A DNA stretch of 64,000 nt from Alphaproteobacteria bacterium (GTDB taxonomy: Bacteria > Pseudomonadota > Alphaproteobacteria > UBA828): NCBI GenBank assembly GCA_963422645.2, contig CAXXVO010000014.1, positions 353,226-417,225 of the forward strand, read 5' to 3'. Both the position numbers and the translations under genes were made by a program. Positions 61,714-64,000 of this stretch are shown here, piece after piece (position 1 is the stretch's first letter; every line of letters begins with the position of its first letter). Under the pieces are notes generated by a model that saw only the letters and a program-made list of their open reading frames with translations, did no database searches and had not been told where the DNA came from.

Positions 61714-64000
61714 TCAGACTTCCTGACCTCGTGATGCTGGCTGTTCTGGGCAGCGTGCCGGGAACCCCTTGAATTCTGATACATTTCGGTTGTTTCAGGC
61801 GGTTTTTCGCTGGGTGTCGCGCCCGAGGTCTGATATTATAATTTGATACCAATTGCACGGTCTCAACCATGCCCAGTACCCTCCCAATGTGCCCTCCAGA
61901 GGCGGTCTCGATCGGCAACAGCTGCTTCGCCGTCCTGATCTCGGACGACACCTTCACCTACTTTTCCAACCTCATTCCCTTTGACAGCCACGCCGCCGAT
62001 GACCGCACGGCCATGCTCTTGCGGATCGGCCGCCTCGCGGCGATCAGCGCGGTCTCGCCGCAGGAACTGGCTGACGCTTTCGCTGTCTCGCGCGCGACGG
62101 TGCAGCGCGCACGACGGCGCTACCTGGCCGAGGGCGAAGCGGGGTTCATGAAGCCCCGGCGCGGTCGCGGGCCGTCGGTGTTCACTCCGGAGTTGGCGGA
62201 GAAGGCGACGGCGTTGCTGGCATCGGGCCTGAGCGGCTCTGCGGCGGCCCGGGTTCTCGGCGTGTCAGCGCCATCGGTCAACAAGTGGCGCCGTCAGGGA
62301 CTGATCGGCAACACGGAGGCGGATGGGGAGCCCGGACGCTCAGCGCTGGCTGCGCCGCCTGACGCGGGTGCGGCTCCTGAAGGCCGTGTCGATGAAGAGA
62401 GTACCGGTGCCCCGGGGCCGGAGACGGCGCCGGGGCTGGAAGCGCAGCCGCAAACGGATCGCAGCGCGCGCGATCGGCGGGACCGGCAGGCGCCGATGGG
62501 GCGTGCGACTTGCGATGTTCCGGCTCGGGTTCTGGCCAGTTGTGGACAGGCGGGGCCGGTCGAACCGCAGTTCGCCGCCGCCGCCCGCGGTGTCCGCTTC
62601 GGCGGCGTGCTCGCCGCCCTGCCGGCCCTGCTGAAGGAAGGTCTTCTCTCCGAGACCGGTCTCCTGCCATTGCTGCCGAAGGGCTATTACGGCTTGCCTA
62701 CGATCCTGCTCTTCCTGGCCTTCATGACCTTGGCGCGGGTGCGCAACCCCGAGAGCCTGCGCTACCAGGCGCCGGGCGAATGGGGCGCCATTCTCGGCCT
62801 CGATCGCTGCCCCGAGGTCAAGACGCTGCGCCGCAAGATCGCTCTCATCGCCGACGACGAGGCCGGCGTGCGGGCGTGGCAGCTCGCCCTTGCCAGGCGC
62901 TGGCAAGGCCGACGAGCCGGAGCTCTGGGCGACGCTGGCCATCGACGGGCACGTCAAGGTCTACTCCGGCCGCAAGGGGCGCTTGCCCAAGCACTTCGTC
63001 TCGCGCGAGAAGCTGTGCCTGCCGGCGAGCGCCAGCTACTGGATCAACGCTCTGGGCGGCAAGCCGCTGCTCTGTCTGCACAAGCCGCTGGACCCGAAGA
63101 TGGTCGCGGCCATCGAAGCCGACGTGGTGCCGGCGCTGCAGGAGCTTGGGATCGTTGGCGCCGGGGCGCCGGACCTGACCGCCGAGCATCCCGGCCAGCC
63201 GGCGCTCACCCTGGTCTTCGACCGCGAGGGCTGGAGCCCGGATCTGTTCCGCCGGCTGGCGAGGCGCGGCGTCGAAGCCGGTGACGTTGCCGAACGGCTT
63301 CAGGGTGCGCCAGATCCGCCGCCTGCTCGACAACGGCCGTCAGGTGCCGCTGATCACCACCGATCCGCACAAGCCGATGGCTGAGGTTGCGGGCGCCATG
63401 TTCTCGCGCTGGTCGCAGGAGAGACTTCTTCAAGTACATGCGTGACGAGTTCAATCTCGACGCCCTGCCGACCCACGAGCTCGAGCCTCTCGATCCCGCC
63501 GCCATGGTCGTCAACCCGCTGCGGCGGGCCTATGACAAGGCAATCCATCGCCTCGACCGCCAGCTTGGCCGCCTGCGCAACCGCATCGCCGACACGGCCC
63601 GGAAGAAGCAGCCGACGGCGGAACTCAGGAGGGAAGTCAGGGACCTCCAGGATGTCCGCGACATCGTCAGGGCCAGCCGCAGGGAGACGCCCAAGCACTG
63701 CCGGGCCGGCGACCTCGACGAAGCCGAGCAGCTCGATGCCTTGCCCGCGCGCGAGCGCCTCCTCCTCGACGTCATCCGGATGATCGCCTACCGCGCCGAA
63801 ACCCGCATGATGCTTCCCGTCATGCAGGCGCAGGGCCACAAGCCCCATCCCCGGAAACTGCTTCAAGCGCTGCTCACCGCCGATGCCGACATCCTGCCGG
63901 ATCCTGGCAATGGCCTCCTGCGGGTCCACATTCTTGGCCTCGCAAACGACGCCTGCGACCGTTGGATCGATGCGGTTCTGAGCGACCTGAACGCCACCGA
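61714..64000 (+). mobile_element. Element A copy 2 (runs off the window), degraded
   Basis: Inverted copy of 567-2951 with the same frameshift near 62905, a deletion of about 122 bp near 63274 and a 1-nt insertion near 63422. Confidence 0.85.
61869..64000 (+). pseudogene. Element A transposase pseudogene
   Basis: ORFs 61869..63284 and 62890..63384 plus a downstream fragment. Confidence 0.75.

Overview
GC-rich bacterial chromosome segment, alphaproteobacterial in character (glnE-yhdP and mltB-rlpA-dacA-tmk-holB-metG-tatD-MBL-mazG order, alphaproteobacterial palindromic repeats). A 28-bp dif-like XerC/D site at 60244-60271 suggests the replication terminus region. The right half (40-61 kb) is mostly housekeeping. 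The left half is a catabolic and nitrogen-metabolism region (hydantoinase remnants, LLM oxidoreductase, PhyH dioxygenase, Urt-like ABC transporter, an unusual glutamate-synthase-like operon, LarA, aldehyde:ferredoxin oxidoreductase). It is broken up by mobile DNA: an IS1634 end, two inverted copies of an unclassified DDE element, two stubs of a Cys-rich-ORF transposon, IS21, an IS4 with a DUF4338/DruA-like fusion, and IS110. The most notable item is a 6.3-kb internally deleted Mu-like element (28709-35052) with intact TG...CA ends, repeated end sites and a 5-bp CTGAT target duplication. It carries a MuF protein with a nuclease-like C-terminal extension that is followed directly by a predicted pseudoknotted RNA. 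A low-GC two-gene ABC-ATPase + PIN-like cassette (38171-39952) is a candidate defence system. All calls come from reading the sequence and recalled motifs; no database searches were run.
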